Shown here: piece after piece, positions 25,413 to 36,824 of the stretch | Layout of the letters: every line of letters begins with the position of its first letter | Numbering within the stretch: position 1 is the first letter of the stretch | NCBI GenBank assembly: GCA_964036045.1 | Contig: OZ038378.1 | Coordinates: forward strand, 3,782,001-3,846,000 | Reading direction: 5' to 3' | Origin: Eutreptiella sp. 'Long Island Sound 2002' | Lineage: Eukaryota > Protista > Euglenida | Length of the DNA: 64,000 nucleotides | Notes under the pieces: model-generated | Told to the model about the DNA's origin: nothing | Database searches by the model: none | The model's input: only the letters and a program-made list of their open reading frames with translations | Program-made: the position numbers and the translations under genes

Positions 25413-26692
25413 CACGGGGGGCCTGCACCTGACATCCGCTCCCCCCACTGCCCGCATCTTCCTCACATATGAAAATAAGCTAAAGTGCCGTGCTATCCTG
25501 GATGCGAGAAAGGTCAACGCCAGCGACCCCCGCAAACCCCCCAAGTTCCGACTCCCAGCACTGGAGGGCATCAGGCAATGGATGGGGGATGCCCAGCGTA
25601 ACAGGAGGGGGGGGGGTCGGGTGTTCCTGGCCAAACTGGATCTGCAGAACGCATACTGGAGTATCAGGCTCCCCCCCATGTGGCGCAGGGTGTTCGTAGT
25701 CCAGGGGGGGTTAGGGAGAAAGTTCCGCTATGCCCGCCTCCCCTTCGGCTAGAGCTATAGCCCGGCCATCTGTCAACGGCTCGTGATGGCGGTGGTGCGC
25801 AGAGTCCTCTCGTGGAGAGGGATCAAGGGGTGGGTGTACCTGGATGATATCCTGCTCTCAGCCATGCGTAACAGACGCCTCCGCAGGGCTGTCCGGGAGT
25901 GCAAGCGGCTGCTCCAGAGGGCTAGGTTTATTGTGGGGGCCAAAAGCGAGACGACCCCCACTGAGACACATCTCGACACCAGGGCAGGCACCATCAGCAA
26001 CGCGGTGGGTGCTGTGGTGGGCGCTTTTCGAGCCTGGGTCAGGGGGGTGGGACGCGGGCGCCTGCCCAGTATGGCAATGGGGCGTCTCCTGGGGAAGCTG
26101 TGCTGGCTGGGCATGCCAAATGCAGGGCTGGGGGCTTTCCTCGCCGGCGCCTACTCCGCCCTCCACCGGGGACTGGGGCTGTTCGGGCGGGGTGTGGCCA
26201 AAGGCATTGCGACTGTCTTGCTCTTCTCCTGCATCCCCCAACAGGCTGACCCCTGGGACGGCGTGATACACCCCCTTGGGAAGTTTTACGGACGCGGCCC
26301 CAGAGGGCTCTGGTTTCAGGGTGGGCATTGTGGGGGGGAGGGGGTTCTACCGGTCACTGCGCTGCCCCCCTTGGGTCGACTCCCTCCAGAAGGTTGAATT
26401 GTTCGCAGTTTAGGTGGTCGCCAAGCTGGCCTCTTATCGTGGGTGTGCGAGTGTTAGGATAGGTTCGGACAGTGATGTTGCACGTTCACAAGTGAACGCC
26501 CTGCGAGCCTCAGTGGGGTCCATTAAGCAACAACGGATCCTGAGGCGCCTGTTCTGGCTTCGATGCTGGACGGGCACGGCCATCAGTTCCTTCAAGGTGA
26601 GCTCCGCCCTCAACCCAGCGGACCCCCTGAGCAGGGAACCATGCTTCCAGTCAAGGCAACAAGCGGTCCACGAGGCCGAACGGCGTCGCTAG
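25147..26692 (+). pseudogene. Reverse transcriptase / RNase H ORF (premature stops, frameshifts)
   Basis: KLDLQNAYW (D at 25639), RLPFG* (TAG 25750-52 in place of W), YLDD (25837-25848); RNase H motifs FTDAA, QKVELFA, GSDS, NPADPLSR. Confidence 0.92.
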
Positions 26693-26838
26693 ATGTGGGA
26701 ACAAGCAGTTGATGAGCGTTATAAAGGGCTGGCGGAAATGATCCGCCCCCCCTGGTGTTTCCGTAACTCTGCCGGGGGGAAGGGGGGGACAGAGTGCAGG
26801 GCACAGAAGCAGGGGCGCACAGCCGCGGGCAGAAAATG

Positions 26839-26907
26839 TGCTGTCCGTGGAAAGTGCTTCACTTGACTTCTTTGTGCTCAGGGGGCAGGGCTGGGGCAGG
26901 CGGAACT
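26839..26907 (+). repeat. Split direct repeat B1 (B2 at 27621-27689)
   Basis: tgctgtccgtggaaagtgcttcacttgacttctYtgtgctcagggggcagggctggggcaggcRgaact, 69 bp with 2 mismatches. Confidence 0.92.
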
Positions 26908-26914
26908 GCAGTTA

Positions 26915-27396
26915 CAGGGGGGGGGGGGGATTCCGCAGGGGGATTTTTCCGTGGGGAAAATTCCGTATTTCAAATTGGTGCGGAATTTTCCCCTCATTTT
27001 TCGAGGGGAGGTGCGGAATTTTCCCCGTGCGGATTTTTGTCCATGTAAGCCACCGTACCACCGTATGCCTTGTGCTTCGCCGCGCGCTCCCATTTGTTTT
27101 GTTCCCGCTCTTCTGCAGTTGTTGTCAACCAACAGGGAAGGGGGGGCAGGAAGTCGAATAATTTGTGAATGGCGGGCCACGCCATCTACAGAAGTGATCT
27201 CAGGCACAATGGTCATTGCCTTCTCCCAGGATCTTTTGGGGATCGCAATCCCAGGATGCCTTTTGCTTCCAATGCACTGAAGATTTGGGAGGTGCGGAAT
27301 TTTCCCCTTGATTTTTGGGACAGGTGCGGAATTTTCCCCATGCGGAATTTTCCCCTGCGGAAAAATCCCCATACAGAATTCCCCCCCCCCCCCCTG
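26915..27396. mobile_element. 482-bp TA-TSD MITE inserted in the B1/A2 junction
   Basis: ~50-bp imperfect TIR CAG(G)n..ATT..GGGGATTTTTCCG..GGGGAAAATTCCG; TA at 26913-14 and 27397-98; five subterminal TGCGGAATTTTCCCC motifs. Confidence 0.88.
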
Positions 27397-27398
27397 TA

Positions 27399-27542
27399 GT
27401 ATAGCGCAGCGGAGGTAACGGAAGTTCTGCCATGGGGCCCCAGCTCAACCCCTCCCCTTTCCTGCTCCTGACGCCCCCCCCCCTATCCTGCTCCCTCCCC
27501 AGCCTTTTATTATTTCTGTGCGAGTGGGGGGGGACTTCTGCC
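27399..27542 (+). repeat. Split direct repeat A2 (distal part)
   Basis: Matches 22555-22699. Confidence 0.9.
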
Positions 27543-27620
27543 CACCCGCCCGCCCCATGTCTTTATCCTAGCCTGCCTGGGGCGATGTCACGACAGCTTT
27601 CGACACATCATTGTCACTGC

Positions 27621-27689
27621 TGCTGTCCGTGGAAAGTGCTTCACTTGACTTCTCTGTGCTCAGGGGGCAGGGCTGGGGCAGGCAGAACT
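27621..27689 (+). repeat. Split direct repeat B2 (right terminus)
   Basis: Matches 26839-26907 and ends in ACT. Confidence 0.92.
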
Positions 27690-28274
27690 ATTTACCTTTG
27701 TGTCTTGCGTGGGTAGAGACATTCACCAAGAGCATGAATAATTTCTTTTCATTCCATCTTTATATGAATGGATTTACAGCCAAGTTGTTGCTTACAGCAG
27801 ATGTACTTGCTTTTTTAGGACCCAAACCTCAAATTTTCAATGACAATTTGACACTTTTCATCAGGGCGGAAACTTCCTCCAATACAACTGTTTGAACGAA
27901 GAGTATTTGCATGACACACACCTTTGTTTGTGCCAGTTCACAATTAAATACAAGGGTGCTGAGCTACGGCCCATTGAATGACACAACCATGGACATCCCT
28001 GGGTGGTGGTGCCTGCATCCACCATGACAAGGTGGTCACTAGTAGTCACCAAAGGGGCAGGTTGTGGAAGTGGATGCAACAAAATGATGCTCCTACACAC
28101 AGAGACCCAATAGGCTCAGGCAGCTATGGAGGTGCTGAGCCAGGGCGGGCAGGTTGCTTGCAAACAGAGGCGGGAGCCAAAAGGGGGAGGGTGGGGGAGT
28201 CACCAATTCGTATCGCTGTCTCGTCCACGCCCTTCGACCCACAAACAAGTAATCGGCTTCGCCAGGGGCACTCG

Positions 28275-28419
28275 AGAGGCTATTGGAGGTGCTATTGGGG
28301 AGGTATTCGGGGCGGCTTTTGCGGAGGCTATTAGAGAGACTATCCGGGAGGCTATCCGGGAGGCTATCTGGGAGGCTATCTGGGAGGCTCTTGGGGAGGG
28401 TATTAGGGAGTCTATTGGG
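28275..28419. repeat. 12-bp minisatellite (GAGGCTATYYGG)n, about 12 units
   Basis: gaggctatccgg gaggctatccgg gaggctatctgg... Confidence 0.8.
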
Positions 28420-29297
28420 CAGCGTACCCGAGCCTCATGCGTTGCTTATGGATATCTCCATCGAAAAGCAGGGCACCTGGTCACATTGCTGGTCGTGGTT
28501 GAGCAGCAGGGTATTGACGGGAACAGTGCAGGAAAGGCGGTTCCCGCAGACCGACCATGAGCGATTTGAAGGGGACAAGCATGCGGTGCTGCTACAACAA
28601 TTCGCCGACTTGATGTCTGCGGAAAGTCTCCACTCGTCATATCCGTTGACATGGGGATTATTGCAGAGGCCAATGTGTTTGGGAGGCAGAGGGATCTGGT
28701 GGGCAGGGGAGGGTTGGGCTGCAGACGAATGCTTTTGGTGTGACGCCAACAGCCTGCTTGGAGCACACGCCACAAAGGCATGCCTACAGACACAGACAAT
28801 CTATGAAGTGCGCCCGCATTCTGATTTGCCTCGTGCGCTGCCCCGTGCGCACACCGCAGGCGGACTGCCTCAGTAGCTACCCCAAACGAGCGCCACAGCC
28901 ACCTGTTCGCTGTTGAGCAGCCATTGGCGTACAACTGGCAGCATCCTTAGGTCCAGGCTGAAACCTGCAAAAGGCAAGTGCATCCAACCCCGGCAATTTT
29001 TGTGCCGACTCACACCTATGCTGCCCTAGTGGAGTTGGCTGCAACCGATGCCACATGACAGAAAGGAGGTAATGGTGATGGCAGGGGCCAAAGGCGCCAC
29101 CAGTTCCCCCTGTCAGCCGCCATCTTCATGCTGTTTGGGATGACCCCATGAGTCCTATGATGAAGGGCCAATGCTCAGGGATCTTCTCAAGAAAAGATTG
29201 CACCAATTGGTGCCCCCCCCCTTTGACATGTGCACTGCGTCCGGACCGCCCTGTGGTCTGCAGTTGGGCATACGTTGCGTCCAGGGATTTGCTCGAA

Positions 29298-29714
29298 ATG
29301 GTGTCCTTGGCCGATCGGGCCGAGGGCTGCCTTTGGGGTCTGCTCATTGGCGATGCCCTGGCAATGCCTGTGCATTGGTTTTACAACACGGAGAATATTA
29401 AGAGGGAGTACGGCGAGGTCACGGATTATGTGGACCCCAAACCGACTCATTGTGAGTCAATGATATCCGGAATGCAGTGCCCCGGGGCGTTTGACATTGC
29501 GCACGACAAGAAGCACCTGTGGGAGGGCACCACCGTCCTCCCCGGTTCGCCCACGGCCACGGAGGCGGAGCTGAGGGATGAACATGGGAATTTTGTAGGA
29601 AGACGGGCCGAGGAACGCCCCCATTACCATGGCTTTCTGATGCGGGGGCAAAACACTGTCAACATGTGCCTTGCAAGGAAGCTCATGGTCCTGATTGCGG
29701 ATAAAAACGGACAG
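29298..29714 (+). CDS. ARH-like exon 1
   Basis: MVSLADRAEGCLWG...DKNGQ; donor GTGCAT. Confidence 0.85.
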
Positions 29715-32700
29715 GTGCATCGGCCTTATACCCACCCATGGCATGCCCCCCCCCCCCCCCCTGCTCTTTTCTCGAAAGGCATAAGTGACCTCGATCGAAA
29801 AAGACAGTCACAGAACAGATATGGCACTGGACACTGCTTGTACTGCATGGCACAAACCAGCCTTTCTGGAACACCTTCCTGCGTGTCGTTGCCAGTGCAC
29901 CAAGACACAAGAATGCAACCAGCCAGCCACAGAGGGAAGTGTACCGTCGGACCCTTTTTGGTGTAGTGTCGGGGGCCTGTGGCAGAGGTGCGTCCCGCCT
30001 ACAAAGCGAGCAGTACTTGCAAACCACCCTGGACGTTACGGCTGGTACACTCTTTTACCTTTTGGGTCCCAGCCAAATGCGTACCCAAAGCGCGGTACAC
30101 ACTTTCAGAGGTGCGGAGCAAAGAGCTCCCAACACCGGAAGAGGTCGCTGACTGTGGCCGATGCCAAAGTCGTGCCGTTCATGGCCGCCTCGTCGGCTTT
30201 TGCCATTGCGCCGGGGACCTTCCATGTGCGGCTGGGCCCCCTGGGGGTTTCAGACTGAGCTGACCACTGCATGGCCCAGGACGATGTCGAGAAATCCAAA
30301 CTGACCCGTAGTGGTCTGCACGGTGTCCACATCCCCGTTGTTCAAGGCGCAAGCACTCAGCAGTATGGGGTTTAGCATACACATCTGGTCTACTGCCTCT
30401 CAATTGAACCTGACAGTTTGGGTTGAACTGATTCATGGCCCACGCTGCGTGGCGCAGGGCATCACCAGTGCTATCCAGCCAGTCCCTGTTGTAGTCGGGT
30501 TGGTCCAGTGCTTCTCAACACTGGAAGGATCCTGATGATTCCGGACGCACGTACGCGGAGTATGATGAATGCGGTTATCTGTCAATACACACGTGCCTTA
30601 CATGTGCGCAAGAACACAATGAAAGGGCTGTACGGTACCCTTGAAACCCTCAAATTCTCTGAGTACTGGGCCAGGATGGCCCAGCACTGTCTTTCAGGGC
30701 GCACCATGTGCTGCGCATGCTGTGAGCAAAATCAGTTGAGTTGGACCCCTCGACCACAAGTAAATGCAGGGTGAGGGGAGCATAGGCCGCCTTAAGCTCA
30801 ATTTTGGACATCAATCCCTCTCCTTTTTCAATGGGCATGTGTTTATATTCTGGGTGTATGACCCTTGGGGTGTTTTGCGGCCATTTGCTTTGGGCTCTCA
30901 GTGGACATCACTGTACAAGTCCTAATTGTTTGCAAAAATAATTAACTCCTGGCACAAGGTGTTGTTTTACTGCAAAAAATAAATGCAAAAAATTACTTTT
31001 CGGCTCCATGCCTTTCGCAAAATGTGTTCCGCAAAAGAAATGGCACTTTTTTTTTGCCCTGGGGAGGCTGTTTTTTGCCCTTAGCAACATTGTTCAGGCC
31101 GTTCAGGCACATGTTGATGCAAATTTGGAGTTTACTACTTCTGAGTTGCGTCCAGTTGTGCTTGCTCTGCTGGGGGATGCTTGCTCTGCTGGGGGAGTGC
31201 CACCCTTTGGTGCTGACAGTCGGCTTTCAAGCTTCCCTCAGCTGGCTCAACCAATTGATGGCACACCAGATGCAATTGCGCATGCGGGCCATCAGCACCA
31301 AGTGGGTTGCTGCCCCAATGACAGGTATAGGCTTTTGTCATTCCTTCGTACGTTTTCGGCGTTTTTGCCTGTTTCTTTTTTTTTTTTTTGCTGCCATAGT
31401 TTTGTTTCCAGATGAATGCTTGTTGGTGCTTGTCTGTGCTATGGACTGCAATCCCAGAGTCCAAGGTACCCCTGGTCCTTTGCAGTGGCACCAAAATGTA
31501 TCAATCACAATCCCCCAAACGCAAAAAAAAGACCGCAAAAATGAACAATATTTTTGACTCAGTGTGCCGAAAACAGCAAAACTGAATTCTGCAGGAAAAA
31601 TCGCAAAAATAAATAATTTTCCCCTATTTTGGGTGGTGTCGCAAAATTTTTGCATATTGTTAGTTCAAAAGACCCAACGCAAAAATTAAGGTTCTGCAAA
31701 TAGTTGGGATTTGTATGGTAAATCATGATGTATATATTCAAAGGCATTGTGGCCATCGAAGTTGCACGACTCTGAGATGTTTGTGGTCAGCGTTTGGCGC
31801 TGCCTGCGGTGGTTTGAGTGGTTGGTGGTTTGAGGTTCGGTTCCGGTACAATATCCCAAATGATGGGTGCCGTCTGCGCCGTTCGTAAACGTTTTGTGTG
31901 GTCTGTATTGCTTCATATTTGGTGTGCGGACTTGTACAGGAGTCAGCACTGGTGCGGGGCCGCACACTACTCTATCCTCCCAGTCAGGTTGTGGTGTTTC
32001 CAGTGAAGTGCACTGGAATAGGCTGGGTCAACCCTGCCCCCCCCCCCCCCCTCCTTGCCCTGCCCTCCCCCCCCCTGCTGTGCTCTACCCTGCCTTGTGC
32101 ACTGCCCTGCCCTGCACCGCATGGCCATTCGTGTTCAGGGTGGAGACAACTACGACCCCCGAGAGTTCCTCACCGTATTGAAGGACTACATGTTGACCCC
32201 CCCACCGAAGGACCCGCACAACAGCGACCCCGCCCAAGTCGCCGCCCACAACGACACGTACCTCGACATATACCTCCGCCGCTTCTTCGCGAATCTCTCG
32301 GATGGGCTCCCGATGGAGCACTGCGCCCGCAACCAACGCGACCAGTGGTCCATCGGCAGCATCGACGGCATCAGCATGTGCATCCCGGTGGCAGTGGCGT
32401 ACTTCCACCTCGGCGAGGCCGCGGCCGTCGCGCGCGCCATCGAGCAGCACATGCTCACCCACCGGTCCGTCGCCGTCACGACGGGAGTCGCGGCGGTGGT
32501 CCCGCTCCTGCACGCGCTCATCGCCGGCGGCGAAGTCGCGGCCGACGCCGCGTTAAGGGCCGCGATGCGGAAGCTCAAGCCGCCCAAGATCTCCGGCGAG
32601 AGCCTGCTCGGCGCGTACCGCGCGGCCCGGGGCCCCGGCAACATCCCGGCGAGGGACAAGTGGGACCAGCACGCGGAATGCAGGCCCGAGACGTTGGACG

Positions 32701-34789
32701 TGTTGGTGGCGAGGCTTGTGGCCGACGGGCGGTCCGATGAGTCGGTGGTGGGCCCCGTGTTCTCGACGATGTGCTACGTGGAGCAGGCGCTGCCGGTGCT
32801 GCTACTCTTGCTGCCCCTGCCTCTATTTCTGCCAAGGCTGCTGCTGCTGTTCCTGCCTCGAGTGTATGTTGCAAGTCGTGTAATTTTTTTTTTCGCGGTA
32901 AGTCGTGTAAGCCCGTCACACACATTTACCGCAAAAAAAAATTACACGGCGTGACAATTTTTTTGTTACACGCCATTTACCGCAAAAAAAAAAACACGAC
33001 TTACCGCAAAAAAAAAATTACACGATGTGACGATTTTTTCCAACACGCCTTTACCGCAAAAACTTACACGCCCTTTCTGCAAAAATAAAAAAATTCAATT
33101 TTTTTTTAATAATTCACACGACTTACCGCAAAAAAAAATTACACGCATTTACCGCAAAAAAAAATTACACGACTCGACGATTTTTTTGTACACAACTTAC
33201 ATTTTTCACCTGCCTCGACCCCCTTTACCTCTGCCACTGCTCCTACTCTTGCCCCGATTCCTGTGCGCCGGCCGGCAAACCCGATGGCCCTCCCCCCAAC
33301 AACGGATCCGTCTTCGCTTTGTGCACAGAGGGCAGGCCAGGGCCCATGCCACCGCCCACCGCATGCTGTGTGCCAACGTCGAAGGCAACTGTGTGCGCAG
33401 AGTACGCCATTCTACGGGGCACACGGGGAGTACGCAAGGGCATGGGAGGTGTTTAGCTGGGGGTCGTCTTCATCCTCGCCTGCCCCTGCCGGCGAGACGC
33501 ACCACGCCACCAGTCCCTGCTACTCCAGTGGCAGGGGTGCGAAAGCCGTTCTACGTTGCAGAAGCAGAAGTCGCCCGAAGTAGATTGATGGCATCACACA
33601 GCAGTGGGAAACATCGTACTGAGCGCTCCCAAACACCCGCCATCTGGGCCGCTTTTCATGAGTGGCAACAGCCATTCAGAGACTGAAATGACCTCCCAAC
33701 AGTGCAAGGCGCGATATGGTGCTGCAAAATGGTGCCATGGGGGAGTGTTGGCGTCATGGGCCTGTCAATGGGCTTACACATTCCCCAACTGCCATAGCCA
33801 AATGTGCCAAAGCTGCTTCCGGGGTTTCGATGGATATTGCAAAACACCAAGAAATACAGCGTTGGTCTGCCCCGGACACAAGGTGAAATGGGTGTCCGGG
33901 GCAGTGATGTGTGTGCCGATAGAAGGGCCGAACAGAGGTAAAGGCAGGGTTAGGTTGGCGCCATTTGCTTCCTGCCTCAAGGTATCTTAGACCTTTGACC
34001 CTGTGGCAATGTTCCAATTGAATCAATCAGGCTAGCTGGTGCAATCGGAACTTGAACCTTCGTATTTGTATTTTATTGTAATTTTCGCGTCAAGGTATCG
34101 TCTGCCAAGGCGTTCCAGAGTTTTATTTTGGTGGCCAGTGCACTGTGCTCCTTGCTTGTCGCCTGTTGCTTTGCTTGTTGCGTACTTACTTGTTGCTGGC
34201 CTTGCTTGTTGCCTGCTTGTTGCTAGCTAGCTTGCATGCTTATCTTGCGTATTGCTTATTACTGGCAACAAGCAGCAAGGAGCGACATGCAGCAAGCAAC
34301 AGGCAACGAAAAGCAAGACAACACGCAACAGGTACATACGGCACATCGAAGACAACCAGCAAGCAGCAACAGCAAGGCAGGGAACACGTTGCTTGTTGTT
34401 TTCTTGTTGCTTGTGACACTGCTCACCCACAGTCCTAGCCTGTGCCACGAAACCAATCTTTGTGCTGAGCTCCTCCATCTGGGTACACGGGGCCTTTCTC
34501 GCGACTGCCCTATTTGAAGGTGGCGCTGTTCTTAGCCTCGAAGTACGGCAGCGATTTTGAGGGAGCGCTGCTCGCCAACGCAAATCTCGGGGGGCACAGC
34601 ACGAGCCGGGGCGCTGTCCTCGGTGCCATTATGGGGGCCCGGGTCGGCGCGAGCGGCATCTCACAACACCTCAAGAGTGGTCTGGCGGGATTTGAGCAGA
34701 AGATGTATGAGATTGATGGGGTCGTGCAGTCGGTCCTCAACTCTCTGAAGGCACAGGGTGCGCCCATTCGCTCGCAGAAGGGTCCGTGA
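29298..34789 (+). CDS. ADP-ribosylglycohydrolase-fold (ARH/DraG/crystallin J1 family) protein, 3 exons, 447 aa
   Basis: Exons 29298-29714, 32139-32795 and 34520-34789 join in phase 0 through GT-AG introns. GCLWGLLIGDALAMPVHWFY, HNDTYLD, CYVEQALP|VALFLASKY, ANANLGGHSTSRGAVLGAIMG. Confidence 0.85.
30911..31718. mobile_element. Degenerate TIR element (probably TA-TSD) in ARH intron 1
   Basis: Left ctgtacaagtcctaattgtttgcaaaa versus reverse complement of right end ccatacaaatcccaactatttgcagaa. Confidence 0.55.
32139..32795 (+). CDS. ARH-like exon 2
   Basis: GGDNYDPREFL...CYVEQALP; very high GC3; donor GTGCTG. Confidence 0.85.
32862..33209. mobile_element. Mutator-like MITE with 9-bp TSD, in ARH intron 2
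   Basis: TSD CTGCCTCGA at 32853-61 and 33210-18; TIR GTG...aagtYgtgta; internal ttaccgcaaaaaaaaattacacg repeats. Confidence 0.8.
34520..34789 (+). CDS. ARH-like exon 3
   Basis: VALFLASKYGSDFEGALLANANLGG...KGP*. Confidence 0.85.
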   Translation: MALFLASKYGSDFEGALLANANLGGHSTSRGAVLGAIMGARVGASGISQHLKSGLAGFEQKMYEIDGVVQSVLNSLKAQGAPIRSQKGP

Positions 34790-36824
34790 GGACAGGCCCA
34801 GTGGCGCTGGTGGATGTCTGGTGGTCCGACACTCGGAGATGCCCACGGTTGTGCATTGCCCATGGGCAGGAAATGTTGTCCTCTATGCCGTTGCGCTCCG
34901 CTGTTGTCTGCTGGTGAGCTCTGCTGTTGACTCAGGGCCCTTTTTGCTCCCTTTCGTGCACGGAGATCTGGCTCTTGTACCTTTGTGCGGACGGGCATAC
35001 TCACGATGGTCCTTTATGTCACCCCTTCGCAGTGTTGTCTGTCAAGGGCCCGCCAAGTCTCTCGCCATTGATGCCCATTTGTCGCCGCGTGCCTCATGGA
35101 TGGTGCTGCCCGGCCGCCCGGGCACGCCCCTCCTCACGCCCGGGCGCTGAGGCACTGGCAAAACGAGGATGGGATTCCCGGCCACTCATATGGTTTGTGG
35201 CCGAACTCCGTGCGTGCCGGGGACATGACAGAGCGGCGGGTGACAGGGAGAAACAGGCTCGTTTCAAGGGCAGTTGGGAGTGGATCACTGCAGTGGCGTG
35301 GGCGAAGCAGGGCAGTACAAGCAGTGCAATGTGTGCGTGACAGGGTTGGTACTGGCGGAATGTCGGGTGCCTGCCGCCCTGTTTACCACCCTCGTGCTTG
35401 CTCCTTTCCATCCGTGGTTGACTCTGCGATGCACCACTGCGCGTCTCCCGCTTTCCTCCCGTTTCTGACCTTGACTCTCACCCTTTGTCAACAATTTTCG
35501 GTTCAGCCAAGGCGTCTCAGGCAGTATTGATGCCCCCTCCTTTGCCATGCACTGTGCTCCCTGCCTGCATTGCACTGCCCTGTCCTCTAGGGTCCTGCCC
35601 TGCCCTTTCTGGCCGTGTGCAGCACGGTACAGCACTACTTCGGTACTTCTTGCCCCATCTCATCCTGTCCCGCACAGCGGTGCTCACATTGCAAGGCTTG
35701 ATAGTATTGTTGCCAAGGCAATTTGGCCCTTTTACTGGCAGATAAGGGTGAGGTCTGGTGGTTACGGGGGAGAGAGGGGGAAAAGACCAAAATGGTCACA
35801 CAGTGATTGACATGTGCAAACCATGTGTATCGCCTCGGCTTTGCTTGTACTGACAAATGATTTTCTTTCCATTTGAAGGTTCACATGGGGCGAAGAACAT
35901 TTGGGTACTTTCTTGAGGCATTTTGCGGTCTGGGGTACTCGGCGAGGAGTATGTGTCCATGATAATCTCTTCCCAAATCCTCCCTCGCCATAACCCCAAT
36001 CATCCACTAATCCTTCCCTTTACCCCAATGCTCTCCTGTTCGTTCTTTCCGAAACACCCTCTGTCCTCTGTCCCACTCTCTGGTCTGCGTTCGTTTCACC
36101 CGTAGCTGATGGTTGGTTGTGGAATTTGGCACCAAAATTTTGAAGAAAAGGACGGCGGTATTCAGTGATTTTGAATAAAATCTTGGCTGCGCCACCCAAG
36201 ACATGCTCCAAACGAACGCGGTTGATGGGGCATCTTGTGTCACTGGAGAAACAAACCCTAAAATGGAGCCAAATTGGCCAAGCGGTCCTTTGTTGGTCCT
36301 GAATCCTTCTTACCTCACGCATTCACGGACGTTTGGGGTAGTTTTGCATTACCATGAGCCGAAGTAACTGAAAACAGGATTGTGGTTTGCAATCTCATAG
36401 AGAATGCTCAACCCTTTTTCCAGAATTGCAACCTCTCTGCTTCCACCTTTTTTTTTTCAGACCTCTTTTCCATTGCTACGGAACGTGTTAATGGCACAAT
36501 ACATTCAGCAGTGCCATTATCTGGCAAGCGGAAGGCCAACCTGAAGCTGTCGTTACACAAAGGCACAGAAGCAGCGGGAAAGGCCACATAATCAGGACGA
36601 GGGATGTGGCGTGGTATCACAGACAGCGCCAAAGATATTCCATGATTTGTCAGCATTTGTAGTGGTCATGCTTGCCTGGTGTTCCGGGTGGCTCAGTAGT
36701 GATGCATGGTACGATCAGCATCATAGTTTTTTTCGGGGGTCTGGATGGATGTGGTTATGTCGTGTTGTTGTGTTATGCTTATTCTGTTTGTTTAATTATA
36801 CTATGCCATTATGCCCTAATATAT

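Larger units (their letters stand above)
22545..27689 (+). mobile_element. Tyrosine-recombinase (DIRS-order) retrotransposon, gag-YR-RT/RNaseH, split direct repeats; decayed
   Basis: A1 22545-22699; B1 26839-26907; A2 26905-26914 plus 27399-27542; B2 27621-27689. YR, RT and RNase H motifs present; ACT at both termini and at the B1/A2 junction. Confidence 0.92.

Noticed and set aside
28420-28880. QRPMCLGGRGI resembling the LINE RT P..GGLG motif
   Set aside because: Single short motif; no RT core nearby.
7252-34789. Euglenid non-conventional (non GT-AG) introns
   Set aside because: All eight introns resolve in frame with GT-AG ends.
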